From assembly GCA_963707955.1 (NCBI GenBank), contig OY970176.1, positions 800,001 through 864,000 on the forward strand: DNA of 64,000 nt, given 5' to 3'. The DNA comes from Candidatus Bathyarchaeota archaeon (GTDB lineage Archaea > Thermoproteota > Bathyarchaeia > Bathyarchaeales > Bathycorpusculaceae). Under the pieces are notes generated by a model. The model searched no databases. It had not been told where the DNA came from and saw only the letters and a program-made list of their open reading frames with translations. Both the position numbers and the translations under genes were made by a program. Positions 41,202 to 51,649 of this stretch are shown here, piece after piece. Within the stretch, counting starts at the first letter, position 1; every line of letters begins with the position of its first letter.

Positions 41202-41568
41202 TCTTCGGCCTCTGAGATCCTGCGCCTGTTTTTGTGATGAGCCGTGGAGAGGTTAGTTGCCTGCTTTGGAGGCGTGTTTGTGGGTGGTCTACGAGTTTGC
41301 TTAGCGGGGTTTGGTTTTGCGGGTGGCAAGTGCGAGGCTTGTTAGAACGAGGAGCATGATCGTCTTCATGACTGAAACTTTTTTCAACTTTAAGCGAGTC
41401 GTGTTTTCACCAGAGCCGTACTTAGCCCCTGTGACGATATTAAAAGCTTGTGACACCGGGCATGCGAGAATGCGCGTTTGGTCGAGCGCGCCAAGCAGGG
41501 CTGTGACGGCGTTCAACAGGCTAGCATATACGTGGGTCCTGCCTCTATGTTCAGCGAGGAAGTTGACC

Positions 41569-42525
41569 GTGGCGGCAGGGAAAGTGGCAAGCGGGAAGGT
41601 CTGCGACGTTTGCGGTCGGCGGGAGGCGTTCTTTTTCAGACCGTACTCCGGCGTTAGCCTGTGCAGAAGATGCTTGACCGAGTCAGTTGAGGAGAAGGTG
41701 AGGGCGACGATCGTGAAGTATGGCATGTTTGAGTTTGACGACACCATTGCCGTTGCGGTTTCAGGTGGGAAGGACAGTGTCAGTCTCTTGCACGTTCTGG
41801 CAAGGTTGGAGAAGAAGCATCCTAGGGCTCGTCTCGTCGCGGTCACGGTGGACGAGGGGATCAGGGGTTATCGGGACGAGGCGTTGAAGATTGCTTCCGA
41901 AAACTGTGGGAAGCTAGGTGTGAAGCACGTTGTAGTGTCTTTCAAGGAGCTGTTCGGCTACACGTTGGACGAAATGGTCGGGCGCCTGAAACAGAAAGGT
42001 GCTGATAAGGAGACGCCGTGCGCCTGGTGCGGTGTCCTGAGGAGGAGGGCTTTGAACGTTGCGGCTAGGAGGCTTAAAGCGGACAAGCTTGCGACGGCTC
42101 ACACGTTGGATGATGAGGTGCAGACGATTCTACTGAACATTCTTCACGGTGACGTCCTGCGGATCGCGAGGGAGAAGCCGGTCACGGATGAAGTGCATCC
42201 GAAGCTAGTGCGGAGGATTAAGCCGTTCTGCGAGGTTCCTGAGAGGGAGAGTTCCTTGTACGCTTACGTTAGGGGAATCAGGTTTCAGAGCACGCCGTGT
42301 CCGTACGCTTCGGAAGCTTTGAGGAACGATGCGCGCTTGATGCTCAACAGGATGGAGGAGAAGCATGCAGGGATCAAGTTCACGGTCTTCAAGTCGATTG
42401 AGAAGATAAGGCCAGCCCTGGAAGACGTGGCAAGGAAGGAAGGCTTAGGCGTATGCAGCGAGTGCGGCGAGCCGACGACCGACAAGGTCTGCAGGACATG
42501 TCAGATGCTGAAACAGCTAGAATGA
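41569..42525 (+). CDS. TtuA/Ncs6-like tRNA thiolation protein (TIGR00269-like)
   Basis: N-terminal CxxC..CxxC, SGGKDS PP-loop, CAWCGVLRR, CPY, C-terminal Zn finger. Confidence 0.9.
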   Translation: MAAGKVASGKVCDVCGRREAFFFRPYSGVSLCRRCLTESVEEKVRATIVKYGMFEFDDTIAVAVSGGKDSVSLLHVLARLEKKHPRARLVAVTVDEGIRGYRDEALKIASENCGKLGVKHVVVSFKELFGYTLDEMVGRLKQKGADKETPCAWCGVLRRRALNVAARRLKADKLATAHTLDDEVQTILLNILHGDVLRIAREKPVTDEVHPKLVRRIKPFCEVPERESSLYAYVRGIRFQSTPCPYASEALRNDARLMLNRMEEKHAGIKFTVFKSIEKIRPALEDVARKEGLGVCSECGEPTTDKVCRTCQMLKQLE

Positions 42526-42922
42526 CTGGGCGTTTGAAAAAGCGGACGCTACATCCCTGTATTCGCGTTTTGACCTCGTCTATTCCACCCTCCCTCTCCC
42601 CCCTAGGGTGGTAGTACTGCACGAAGGCGCTAGTGAAGGACCTACTGACTTTGCGCGGGCTTGAAGCCGAGCGCGTGTCGAGGGCTTAGCCGAGAGTCTC
42701 GGCAAGGGTAGTGACTGTTAATGCGCTGGTACTATGCTCATTGTTCTCTTTGTTTTTGAAGCAGTTTATCTCTATCGGCTTTGCTGATGGCTTGCTGTCG
42801 TTGAGAGTCGTTGATGCTCAGCGCCAGCTCTGGGGCAACTCTTTTTCTATTCCGTGATCTGAGCAAAGATGCGTGTGAAGGTGAGTTCGCTCTCGTAAAA
42901 AAGAAGAAGAAAAAAAGTGCCG

Positions 42923-43324
42923 CTATGGACGCATTGGTTGCATTATGGCGAATTGGTTTCCTTCAGGGTCCACGGCTATTGCGGTCCAACCTACCTGTGG
43001 GACTTCTTGTTTTGGAACGATGATTTTTCCGCCGAGCTTCTTGATCTTCTCGATGTATTCGTCGGCGGACTCGACTTGGATGTACATGATGGGCTTCATC
43101 TCTTTTGTTTCTTTCGTTTTCTTGTAGAGGCCTCCGTTGATTCCTGGTCGCAATGGTCTCATCTGCTTGTCCATCGGTACGGTTCCGAGAAGCCAGTATT
43201 CCATGCCGCTGCTCATCTGTTCGCTGCCTTTCTCGATTTTCCATCCGAAGACTCCTGAATAGGACTTCTTCATCTTCTCAGTGTCGTTTGCGGGAATTTC
43301 GAAATGAACAACTGTGTGGTCCAT
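42923..43324 (-). CDS. VOC/glyoxalase family protein
   Basis: VVHFEIPA, GINGG, GGKII.PK, DPEGN. Confidence 0.9.
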   Translation of the reverse strand: MDHTVVHFEIPANDTEKMKKSYSGVFGWKIEKGSEQMSSGMEYWLLGTVPMDKQMRPLRPGINGGLYKKTKETKEMKPIMYIQVESADEYIEKIKKLGGKIIVPKQEVPQVGWTAIAVDPEGNQFAIMQPMRP

Positions 43325-43466
43325 TCTTTCACCTTCATTTTTGACGAGAGAATGTCGTGGAGCGAAAATAATAAGCGTTGCTGCAGTGCCCCAGCAACAG
43401 CTCATGTTGAACGTCCGCGCACGGCTAAAGGTTTATAGGTTCTTTATAACTCTGCTTGACGCGAAC

Positions 43467-44360
43467 ATGACAGCCAAGATTTCAACCTTCGACCGGAAGC
43501 ATTTGCCGTTCGTAGCGGAGCTGATGAACGAGGAGTACGAAGGCTCTCCGGAGTTTATTCCTTTTGACGAGGAGAGATTTCTCTCGGAGACTCAGAGGCG
43601 ACATGTCAGAGTTCTGGTAGCCGAAGACGATGGACACGTGGTCGGCGTCATCGGAACCCATACAGATGACAGGGGAGAGGACATTCACTGGCTAGCCGCT
43701 CGCAAAGCCCCGGAAGGCAACGTCGTCAGGGACATGCTTGTGAACGAGGCTGAAAGGAACGCGAAGGGCGACTCGATCATGAGGATGATAGATGAAGGCA
43801 GCCCCGAAATCGAGGAGTGGGAGAGTCGAGGCTACGTGCTGGAACCGGGGTTTCAGCGCATGACGGCGGAGCTTCGCGATCCGACGCGTGTTCCCGAAGT
43901 TGATGAGGGAATAAGGCTCAGAACCTTGAGGCCCGGCGAGGAAGCCGAGTTTGTGGAGACTGTTAACGCGGGGTTCGGATGGGAGAGACTCGAAGTGGGA
44001 GACCTTGAAAGGTGGAAGACTGAGGACCCACCGTTCGACGAGGAATGGGTTCAGGTTGCAGAAGCCGCGGGCAAAATCGTTTCAGTGGTCGTGGCGAAAC
44101 CTGATACAGATTACAACAAGTACTTGCACTGCAGGATGGGCTATCTTGGGCCGGCAGCCACTCTTTCCGAGTTCAGGAATAAGCATCTTGCATCGGCGCT
44201 TACGGCTCGAGCTATGAACCTTCTGTTCGAAAAAGGAATGAACACGGTCAGGCTGGGAACCTCGGAGAAAAACGTGTCTTCTATCGCTCTGCTGAGAAGC
44301 CTGGGCTTTCACGTCGAAAACGTCAGAAAGATCTTGCGCAAAAAACTGAAGGACAACTGA
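43467..44360 (+). CDS. Tandem-domain GNAT acetyltransferase
   Basis: FRNKHLASAL and N..SIALLRSLGF motifs. Confidence 0.85.
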   Translation: MTAKISTFDRKHLPFVAELMNEEYEGSPEFIPFDEERFLSETQRRHVRVLVAEDDGHVVGVIGTHTDDRGEDIHWLAARKAPEGNVVRDMLVNEAERNAKGDSIMRMIDEGSPEIEEWESRGYVLEPGFQRMTAELRDPTRVPEVDEGIRLRTLRPGEEAEFVETVNAGFGWERLEVGDLERWKTEDPPFDEEWVQVAEAAGKIVSVVVAKPDTDYNKYLHCRMGYLGPAATLSEFRNKHLASALTARAMNLLFEKGMNTVRLGTSEKNVSSIALLRSLGFHVENVRKILRKKLKDN

Positions 44361-44533
44361 CTGGAGACAAACCTGCAGAAGTCAGGAGTGACGAAGACCG
44401 TTCATTCTTAGAGAAGACCGAACAAGATAACAGACTTCTTTCGTGACTGTTCGGGAGGTATCGTCATTTGGCACGAAGTGCAAATCTCGGTGACCTCATT
44501 GTTCTTAAGTGCCTTCGGTTCTAGTTTTTCATC

Positions 44534-45004
44534 ATGAGCGTTGAAAGAGTCAATGCAAGCGATATCGAATCGGTTCTGCACGTCATCAACACGAGCAACA
44601 GCGATGCTTACAGAAGCTTGATCCCGCTGGAACAGTTCAAAGACCCAATTTTGACGTTGGAGGAACTGATGAGGGAATTTAGTAATATGAGGTTCTACGC
44701 TTACAAGTTAGGGAACAAGTTCGTCGGTGTTGCGGCGTTGCGAATCGATGAAGGCGAGACCGGGATAGTCAGGTGGGTTCACGTCCTTCCCGAACACAGG
44801 CGAAAAGGTGTCGGCTCCTCTTTAATGGAGCACGTCGAAAGCGAAGCCAAGTACTTGGGCCTGAAAAGACTGAGAGTCGTCTACGTTTGGGAGAGAGCGT
44901 ACTGGGCTAAAAACTTCTACGCAAAGCTGGGGTATCAGAAGAGAGACACGGTTACTCTGCCATGGGGAGACACAGCGCATATTTACGAACGGATTCTTCA
45001 TTAG
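44534..45004 (+). CDS. GNAT acetyltransferase
   Basis: VLPEHRRKGVGS and FYAKLGY motifs. Confidence 0.9.
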   Translation: MSVERVNASDIESVLHVINTSNSDAYRSLIPLEQFKDPILTLEELMREFSNMRFYAYKLGNKFVGVAALRIDEGETGIVRWVHVLPEHRRKGVGSSLMEHVESEAKYLGLKRLRVVYVWERAYWAKNFYAKLGYQKRDTVTLPWGDTAHIYERILH

Positions 45005-45290
45005 GTGACGATCTGCCCCTTTCTCTTGAGTTGAAACAGCTATGTTTCTGACTTCCGTTATTTTGCTGATTCACACAGTGTCTGTTGACAAGAACAGGTA
45101 GTCCATCGCGCGCGCTAGGAGCCTGACCAGCCTAAGCGAAAAGGAGAGCTGGTGGAGATAACTGCCTGAAAAGTTGCCCTCGCTATCATGGCGCTCTTGA
45201 CTCAACATCCTTGACGTCTCCGACATACGAGAAGATTGAGGCCTAGCTTACTGGGCCAGGCTTCGCGAGGGTTATGCGGGTCAGGGCGGC

Positions 45291-45488
45291 TTATCTGTAG
45301 GCGGCTTCGCTCTTCATTTTGCGCAGGATCACTGATGCTTCGCTTGCAGTGTTCGCTGAAGCGAGCTTTCTTGCCTTCTGCACGACAACGGTGTGGCCGC
45401 AGTAGGGGCAGGTCCTGGTTTTCGTTTCAGCCTTCGCCAGCAAGAGACCGCCACATCTGGGGCAGACGACTACGAGGGTCGATGCCAT
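45291..45488 (-). CDS. DUF1922-like Zn-ribbon protein
   Basis: CPRCG...KTRTCPYCG. Confidence 0.75.
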   Translation of the reverse strand: MASTLVVVCPRCGGLLLAKAETKTRTCPYCGHTVVVQKARKLASANTASEASVILRKMKSEAAYR

Positions 45489-45558
45489 GGGTTTCACTGA
45501 TCGAAAGCCTTTTCCACGTTGAACTAGATAACGCTATGCACAAGAGGGGGAACAGCGA

Positions 45559-45933
45559 GTGAGCAGTGAAGCAGAGAGCAAGCCGAAACCGGAGCCGAAC
45601 CTGCTTCAGCACGTGATACGCTATTTTAAGAATGATGGTTACAAGATAGAGCAGGACGAGACATCGCTTGAGGGTTTCAGCGGGATCTCTCAGAAGTTTG
45701 ACCTCATAATTCAGAAGGGCCAGATGGCGCAGGGCGTCTGGATAAGAGATTGGAACAGAACCATAGGCGTTAACGTTATCATAAACATTGACAAGGCTTC
45801 CTCAGACGTGGGGCTTTCGAGCCCGATAATCATAGGCGGAAAGTTCAGCGGCCACGCGAAGTCTTACGCGAACAGAAGAAAGATCACGCTGCTGACGAAG
45901 CAGCAGATAACGCTGAGGCACATGGTCAACTGA
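45559..45933 (+). CDS. Mrr-like restriction endonuclease-fold protein
   Basis: GYKI...LEGFSG..KFDL and FS..AKSYA..RKI.L pattern. Confidence 0.65.
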   Translation: MSSEAESKPKPEPNLLQHVIRYFKNDGYKIEQDETSLEGFSGISQKFDLIIQKGQMAQGVWIRDWNRTIGVNVIINIDKASSDVGLSSPIIIGGKFSGHAKSYANRRKITLLTKQQITLRHMVN

Positions 45934-46516
45934 GCTTCACGTATTCGTCCAGCAGGCCTTCTTTTTCGAGCTTGCCCAGCCAGTCGACCACGCCTACACG
46001 GCATTTACTAGGATGGCGGAGCAGGAACAGAATCTGCTTTACTGTCTCTTCCACGCTTTGGCCTGTAACGTTTAGTTCGCAGACTTTCCTCTTGCCAACT
46101 GCTTTCAGAGCGTCGAACAAGCAGACGTCCAACACTTCGGAGGCCAGGTTCTCGAAAAGCTTTCGACCTTGGAATCCGCAGTGTTCCATGAGTCCGCGCA
46201 GTTCCACGGGGTCGCGCCTCAGAACAAACACTCGTGTCACGAGTTCCTTGGGAACGACGTTGACGGCGTAGTGTCCGTCGATGACGACTTCTTTCTTGTC
46301 TGTTTTCTGGATGATGCTGCGGATTTTCTTTTTCATCCGTGGTTCGTCAACGATGATTGTGTTTCGCGTCTCGTCTTTTCCTGAGACAAGTTTGTCGCGC
46401 ACGGCCAGGTCTGTTAAGTTGACGTATAAAGCGTCGAGCTTAACCGTGAGCAGACGTGCCGTGGAGGTTTTGCCGACACACGGAGTTCCGGTCAGCAAAA
46501 TGACATGTTTAGGCAT
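45926..46516 (-). CDS. Adenylate kinase AK6/Fap7 family
   Basis: TGTPCVGKTS, IDGH, VLRRDP, EN..SE. Confidence 0.9.
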   Translation of the reverse strand: MPKHVILLTGTPCVGKTSTARLLTVKLDALYVNLTDLAVRDKLVSGKDETRNTIIVDEPRMKKKIRSIIQKTDKKEVVIDGHYAVNVVPKELVTRVFVLRRDPVELRGLMEHCGFQGRKLFENLASEVLDVCLFDALKAVGKRKVCELNVTGQSVEETVKQILFLLRHPSKCRVGVVDWLGKLEKEGLLDEYVKLS

Positions 46517-46852
46517 GATAAGGCGGTTCCTTCGCAGAGTAGTTGCAAACTCGGAAAGATAAGATGTTTCCCGTCAACTCAAATCGGTAAGCAGGCAGAT
46601 GTGCATGCACATGGTCTAAGGCGGGTTCATTCCAGAATCTGGAGGCGGCGGTACCTGTTGAACGGGTGCTGTCTGATTCTTAAATAAGTTGTGGACATCG
46701 CTGTCGATCGCACTTGGAACTGTTAGCTTTAACGGTTCAAGCTGAGGCTGTTCTCTTCCTCTTGAAGATGATGAATTCTGGACGTGTGTTTCCAAGTGAG
46801 GATGGCCTGGTTTCCAAAATTCTTATTGCACACTAGCGTTACAGTGTACACT

Positions 46853-47171
46853 GGGCTGGCGAGTTGGTGTGTGGCTTTCGAGCCTCGACGTGAGAGGCTT
46901 GAGGAAACTCCGCCCACAAGTAGAGTTGCAGCGTCCGCAAGGGCGCAAGGTGAGAACCTTGGCTCCAGAGCAGAAACGAAACGTCCGCTCAGCAGGTGAC
47001 GGTGATGCATGCTAAGTTGTTGAGGATGCTGAGTGCGAAGCGATGAAACGGCTGTCCTGCATGTGGAAAGGGCAAGCAGACGCTGATGAAGAGTCTACCG
47101 GAAGCGCGGGTAGCCCGATTAGCCGAATGCCACAAAGAACAAAAGGCGGGTTACGACCAACACACCAGCCC
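46853..47171 (+). ncRNA. rnpB: RNase P RNA
   Basis: Conserved regions GAGGAAACTCC, GCAGAAAC, TGAAACGG, GGGCAAG, ACAAAAGGCGGGTTAC; P1 helix GGGCTGG/CCAGCCC; followed by T-tract. Confidence 0.93.
47147..47170 (+). repeat. att site 1 (3' end of rnpB)
   Basis: CGGGTTACGACCAACACACCAGCC, repeated at 53247 and 62470. Confidence 0.92.
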
Positions 47172-47224
47172 TTTTTTCCCGAATACCACAAAAAAATCCA
47201 AAGATTCAGAACGTCTTAATCCAA

Positions 47225-48073
47225 ATGCTAAAAGACAACAAGAGCGACTACACAATTAACTTCACAAGAAAAGCCCTAACATTCCTAAGCCAGCACACAA
47301 ACCTAGCAGAACCAGAGGCAGTAAAGCTGTTCATAGCAACGCACAAAGCCTCCGACGGATACAAACGGAACCTCTGCATAGCTTACAACAAGTACTGCAA
47401 GTTCTACAACATCAATTGGAATATGCCCAAGTACCGAGAAGAAGCTAAGAACATCGCCCTACCCACCAAAGAAAAAATACAAATGCTCATCGCAAGCGCA
47501 GGCAGACTTCTCTCAATGAAACTACAGCTGAGCATGGAAACAGGACTCAGGCCCGTAGAAATTGCAAGACTCAAAGTCAAAGACATAGACCTAGAACACA
47601 GAACTGCAAATCCGATAACAGCCAAGAGAGGCAACCCAAGAACCGTACCAATGTCACAGGGCTTAACACTGAAAATCCAAGAATACATAACAGCGAAGAA
47701 CCTTACACCATCCGACTTATTGTTCAAAGGACAAGACTCGGACCACTACGGCAAACACTACCGCATAATGCGGAACGAATTAGCTGAAAAACTCAAGGAC
47801 CCATCAATCCGAACAATACGACTATACGACCTCAGACACTACTTCTGCACAAAGAAACTAAACGACATCGGAAACCCCTACACTGTAATGGTTCTAATGG
47901 GACACACAAAACTAACAACGACCCAACGATACATGCACCTACTCAACTTCAACGACGACGAATGGACATGCACAGGAGCAACGACAGCCAAAGAAGCAAC
48001 CAAACTCATAGAAAACGGATTCCAATACGTAACAACAATCGAAGGAATACAACTATTCAAAAAACGAAAATAA
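47225..48073 (+). CDS. Tyrosine integrase (C-terminal part; frame open back through the att)
   Basis: TGLRPVE, AKRG, YDLRH, MGH, TTQRY catalytic motifs. Confidence 0.93.
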   Translation: MLKDNKSDYTINFTRKALTFLSQHTNLAEPEAVKLFIATHKASDGYKRNLCIAYNKYCKFYNINWNMPKYREEAKNIALPTKEKIQMLIASAGRLLSMKLQLSMETGLRPVEIARLKVKDIDLEHRTANPITAKRGNPRTVPMSQGLTLKIQEYITAKNLTPSDLLFKGQDSDHYGKHYRIMRNELAEKLKDPSIRTIRLYDLRHYFCTKKLNDIGNPYTVMVLMGHTKLTTTQRYMHLLNFNDDEWTCTGATTAKEATKLIENGFQYVTTIEGIQLFKKRK

Positions 48074-48168
48074 AACACAAACAACCCCCTTTTTCTATCC
48101 AACATCATGCTTAACCATAGCGCGCGCTGACCAGAAAATAAAAAACACACACGCACGAAGCGCACGCG

Positions 48169-48429
48169 CTATTCTTTGGCTTGATATACTTCATACAGCA
48201 TGTATACACCGATCAATTCAAACAATAGGCAGAAGACAAATATTATTGGGACAATTTCCCACATATCACGGGCAATAATGTATAGGATGTTACTGTTATC
48301 ATTAAAGCTCCTCCAGTAATCCAGCTTACTTTGCAGCACAACATTCAGTCCGATTCCCACAAAACCGAGAAGCATTATAATTACCGCTAATACCGTCTTG
48401 ATTAGCGCGCCAATATTGATCTTCTTCAT
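48169..48429 (-). CDS. Small membrane protein
   Basis: Two TM segments; stop TAG runs into CGCG. Confidence 0.6.
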   Translation of the reverse strand: MKKINIGALIKTVLAVIIMLLGFVGIGLNVVLQSKLDYWRSFNDNSNILYIIARDMWEIVPIIFVFCLLFELIGVYMLYEVYQAKE

Positions 48430-48533
48430 TTTTCGTTAGCTCTGACGAATAGAAATAGCTATGAAATTAGGACTTAATAAACCAGCGATGCCCATGTCCT
48501 TTAACTAACAGTATCCCGAAAACAAAAACATAT

Positions 48534-48581
48534 TGGCTCGTGAGCCTTTCGGCTCACTCGCACGTTCCAGACGATACGCCA
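48534..48581. repeat. 48-bp hairpin repeat, copy 1
   Basis: TGGCTCGTGAGCCTTTCGGCTCACTCGCACGTTCCAGACGATACGCCA. Confidence 0.9.
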
Positions 48582-48674
48582 AATAAAACCGATACTCTCA
48601 GGACCAACATCAATGCGCACAGAGAAATGAATGCGGTTATGTATATGCGTTTACGTTAAAGACTTCACGCCGAG

Positions 48675-50006
48675 TCAAAAACGTGAGCTTTGGCTCGAAG
48701 CATCCATCAATCGGTCAATGCATGTTCTAGTTTTGTAAAGATGTACAATATTCGGAGTAACGCCTGCAAGTGCAACCTCCCATCCAACAGCTTCTTCCCT
48801 CAGCCATTTGCTCACTGAATTTCGATAATGCTTTGGAACGATAAAACAATCCCAAGCTTTTTGAGGAGCATTAATGTATTTCTCCGCCGCTCCTTCCAAT
48901 AGCATCTTTATGGCGCCTGCATTTGTTCGCAGAACGTCGCTTGTAGCGTACACTAATTTGGTTCTCCTAGTTGACCTCGCAATCAACTTTTCCACTTGAC
49001 GATTATATTCCTCAATCGAATTCTGCAGGCTAATGAGAGAGCCACCCTTAGAGGAAGCTTCTGAAACTATTTGCCCAAATATACTTCTCATTGCATTGGT
49101 TGTTCTCGAATCAAAGATGTCGCTGTATTCAGATATTGGCAAGTTCTCAGAATAAGCGATACGAAGTTTTCTCTCGATGAATTCAAGCACATAAGGGTCA
49201 AATGTTTTCAGAGATTCTGTTCTAAGTGGAGCCTCAAGATTCTCAATTTCCCCTATGTACCGACACCCTATATTTGTGGAGAAAGTTGAATTGAACGCTT
49301 TTGCCAGAAGGAATCTTGGAATCATAGCCAACCTATTGGCAAGAATATTAATGTATTCTCTCGGACTACCCTCGTTAGCTAACTTCACCAGTTGTCCTAC
49401 AAATTCTGCTGTGGGCCTTATGCTCGCGCAAAGACGAGTATAACTCGCATACCGATATACGGGAACATTAATCTTCTCCATCTCCTCGCGCTCTTTCTTC
49501 TCTTCTTCGTTTTCTGTCGCAAGAGAAAGCTTTTTGACAAGGTCAGTTCCACTTTTGTAGTCAACTCCAACGGATTCAGCAGTCTTCAATGCTAGCAAGT
49601 CCGACTGCGCACCAGCCAAGAGCAAATTTACATTATTATCAACGAGTTCTTGAATCACTTCCGACATTTGTTTTAAACACCCGAAGCAATCTACATCGAT
49701 AAAGGGCACAAGCCTTCCCTTCTGTGCCAGCGCAACCACCTCTTCAAACGTCAACCCTGTCTCATCTCTAAAACGGTCAACTTTCTCAATTTTCGGCAAA
49801 CCAACAACTAACGTGTCGTATAGAGGTAGCAAACTGGTCGTCGGGACACATTGCACATCAGGCAAGAACACGCTAGTACCCTTCGGAGGCTCAAAACCAA
49901 TAATGTCCTTGACCCGCAAATTGGAGTAATCTTGTTTTTTCAGATGCTCATCGGAGTAGCTTAAGACATCTTCAATGTATCTAGTCCCTCTCTCAGCAGA
50001 AGACAT
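48675..50006 (-). CDS. Hypothetical cargo protein (443 aa)
   Basis: Long ORF; no family recognised. Confidence 0.7.
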   Translation of the reverse strand: MSSAERGTRYIEDVLSYSDEHLKKQDYSNLRVKDIIGFEPPKGTSVFLPDVQCVPTTSLLPLYDTLVVGLPKIEKVDRFRDETGLTFEEVVALAQKGRLVPFIDVDCFGCLKQMSEVIQELVDNNVNLLLAGAQSDLLALKTAESVGVDYKSGTDLVKKLSLATENEEEKKEREEMEKINVPVYRYASYTRLCASIRPTAEFVGQLVKLANEGSPREYINILANRLAMIPRFLLAKAFNSTFSTNIGCRYIGEIENLEAPLRTESLKTFDPYVLEFIERKLRIAYSENLPISEYSDIFDSRTTNAMRSIFGQIVSEASSKGGSLISLQNSIEEYNRQVEKLIARSTRRTKLVYATSDVLRTNAGAIKMLLEGAAEKYINAPQKAWDCFIVPKHYRNSVSKWLREEAVGWEVALAGVTPNIVHLYKTRTCIDRLMDASSQSSRF

Positions 50007-50108
50007 TTCAAGTCATCAATAGTAAATGGACATCCAAGATTTAACTGCTTTCGCACATGCTTGCCACGGAAGCCTTAGCGCGCGCTATTGGCAACATCTA
50101 GACCGCAT

Positions 50109-50324
50109 CTAATTCGGTACAATGCCCTTCCGCTTCAATCTAGGACACTCGAAGGCAACATGCTCACCGCCGCCTTTAACAATAGAGCCAAACTCAATCA
50201 TTGAACAAGACGGCGCACCCATAACCCAAACACCGTCGCACACCTTCCCATCATAAGGGCAAATCGCTTCAGGACGCAGATTCTTAAGTAGCTTACGCTC
50301 GCTAGACAAAACAATCACCTCCAC
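50109..50324 (-). CDS. Small Cys-containing protein downstream of rep
   Basis: CPYDGKVC...C...CPRL; co-oriented and closely spaced with rep. Confidence 0.55.
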   Translation of the reverse strand: MEVIVLSSERKLLKNLRPEAICPYDGKVCDGVWVMGAPSCSMIEFGSIVKGGGEHVAFECPRLKRKGIVPN

Positions 50325-50329
50325 CGCAG

Positions 50330-51521
50330 CTAATCAGTCTTAACCCCTCCACTCTTGTCAACATAATTGGGCTTACCTAACTGGTCAAATTCAGGCTCAA
50401 GCCAAGCAGGTCTATAACCAATCATCCCAGTATCCTTAACATTATAATGCGTACCAATCTGAAACACACTTTCCATATCTTCATCACAGATAGCGCAGAT
50501 TAGCGAGTTCGCCAAAATATGAAACTACAGAAGCATGCTTTAGGCCGACCTGAACCAAGCAGTGATGAAGTTCGTACCACAGCGTCCCGTAAATGGACTC
50601 TCTCTTGTCCTTCACACTAACCAGAATCTTGTCAATTTCATAATTTCGCATTTCCCGACCACGAAAACCAGAACATGCCAAGCAATCCTCCTTACTATGA
50701 AAATCGCATAAACGGCACATGTCGTAACCGTTTTTGACATAAGAAACCGTATGAAAATGCGGGCTATACTCTTGACGAGTGTGCGACTCATTCACACGCC
50801 ACCCATGCGGAATAATCACGCCTCCAACAACCCCCCTAATAGCCAGCGCATCCAAAGCCATAGCCTTCAGCTTCGGAATAGGAATGTTGAAACAATTCGG
50901 CAAAAAGGAAACGATAGTATGTTCGGGACAAAACAGGCCATGCTTCTCAGCAGTCTTGATCCGAGCCTCAATAGAACGTGCCGCACGACACGCAAAACCA
51001 TTCAAACAACACTTCGGGCATAACGGACTATGACACCACCAATGCTTGTGCCTAATCAAAATCTTGTCAGTAGCATCCTCACCACGAAACATCTTACCCT
51101 TATGCCCTTCCACATTTTTGCAAGCCGAATACCCATGATGAGAAGCACAAAAATTAGGATTAGTAACAGCACCAAAAGTGGCAGGCACATAAGCAGGAAA
51201 AGGCGCATGCTCATAAGGCAAATAATGATGCGGATTATCCCCCAACCGACGATTTATCCGTAATCGATTCTCTAAAAAACGAGCTGCACGCGACCTCTCT
51301 GCATCAGTAACCTTAACCTTAGACCCAGAAGGTAAGTCATTCTCAACAGCCTTCCAATGTTCCGCCTCTTCAGCGACCTTGTAATTATTGAATCGCAAAT
51401 ATTCAGGACAGTTGAAGCATCTCATCATAATACTAAACAATACAAATTTGCGGTGAGGGCATGGAACACTATCCCAAAAACCACAAAAGAAAGGACGACC
51501 CCGTGTAGTCACATTATCCAT
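50330..51521 (-). CDS. HUH-superfamily rolling-circle Rep-like protein, probably frameshifted near 50500
   Basis: C..P.CP.C Zn motif, HTIVS (motif I-like), GGVIIPH, SPHFH (HUH), Y-ELHH (motif III-like); CAIC-containing tail in ORF 50330..50515. Confidence 0.7.
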
Positions 51522-51649
51522 ATTTTAAACACCGAGAACAACCTTGCATCAAAAAGGTTCAAATTTTCCAACGATTTTGCGACAAGAATGGCAAACACAA
51601 TAAAACCCATAAATTCTAGAATTACGGTAAATACAGAACTGGAATTAAC

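Noticed and set aside
41311-41568. 86-aa N-terminal extension of the TtuA-like protein
   Set aside because: Family similarity starts at the CxxC near 41600; the upstream part looks like promoter region
46729-47010. ORFs overlapping 46.7-47.0 kb and 7542-7903
   Set aside because: Explained by the RNase P RNA and tRNA-Trp genes
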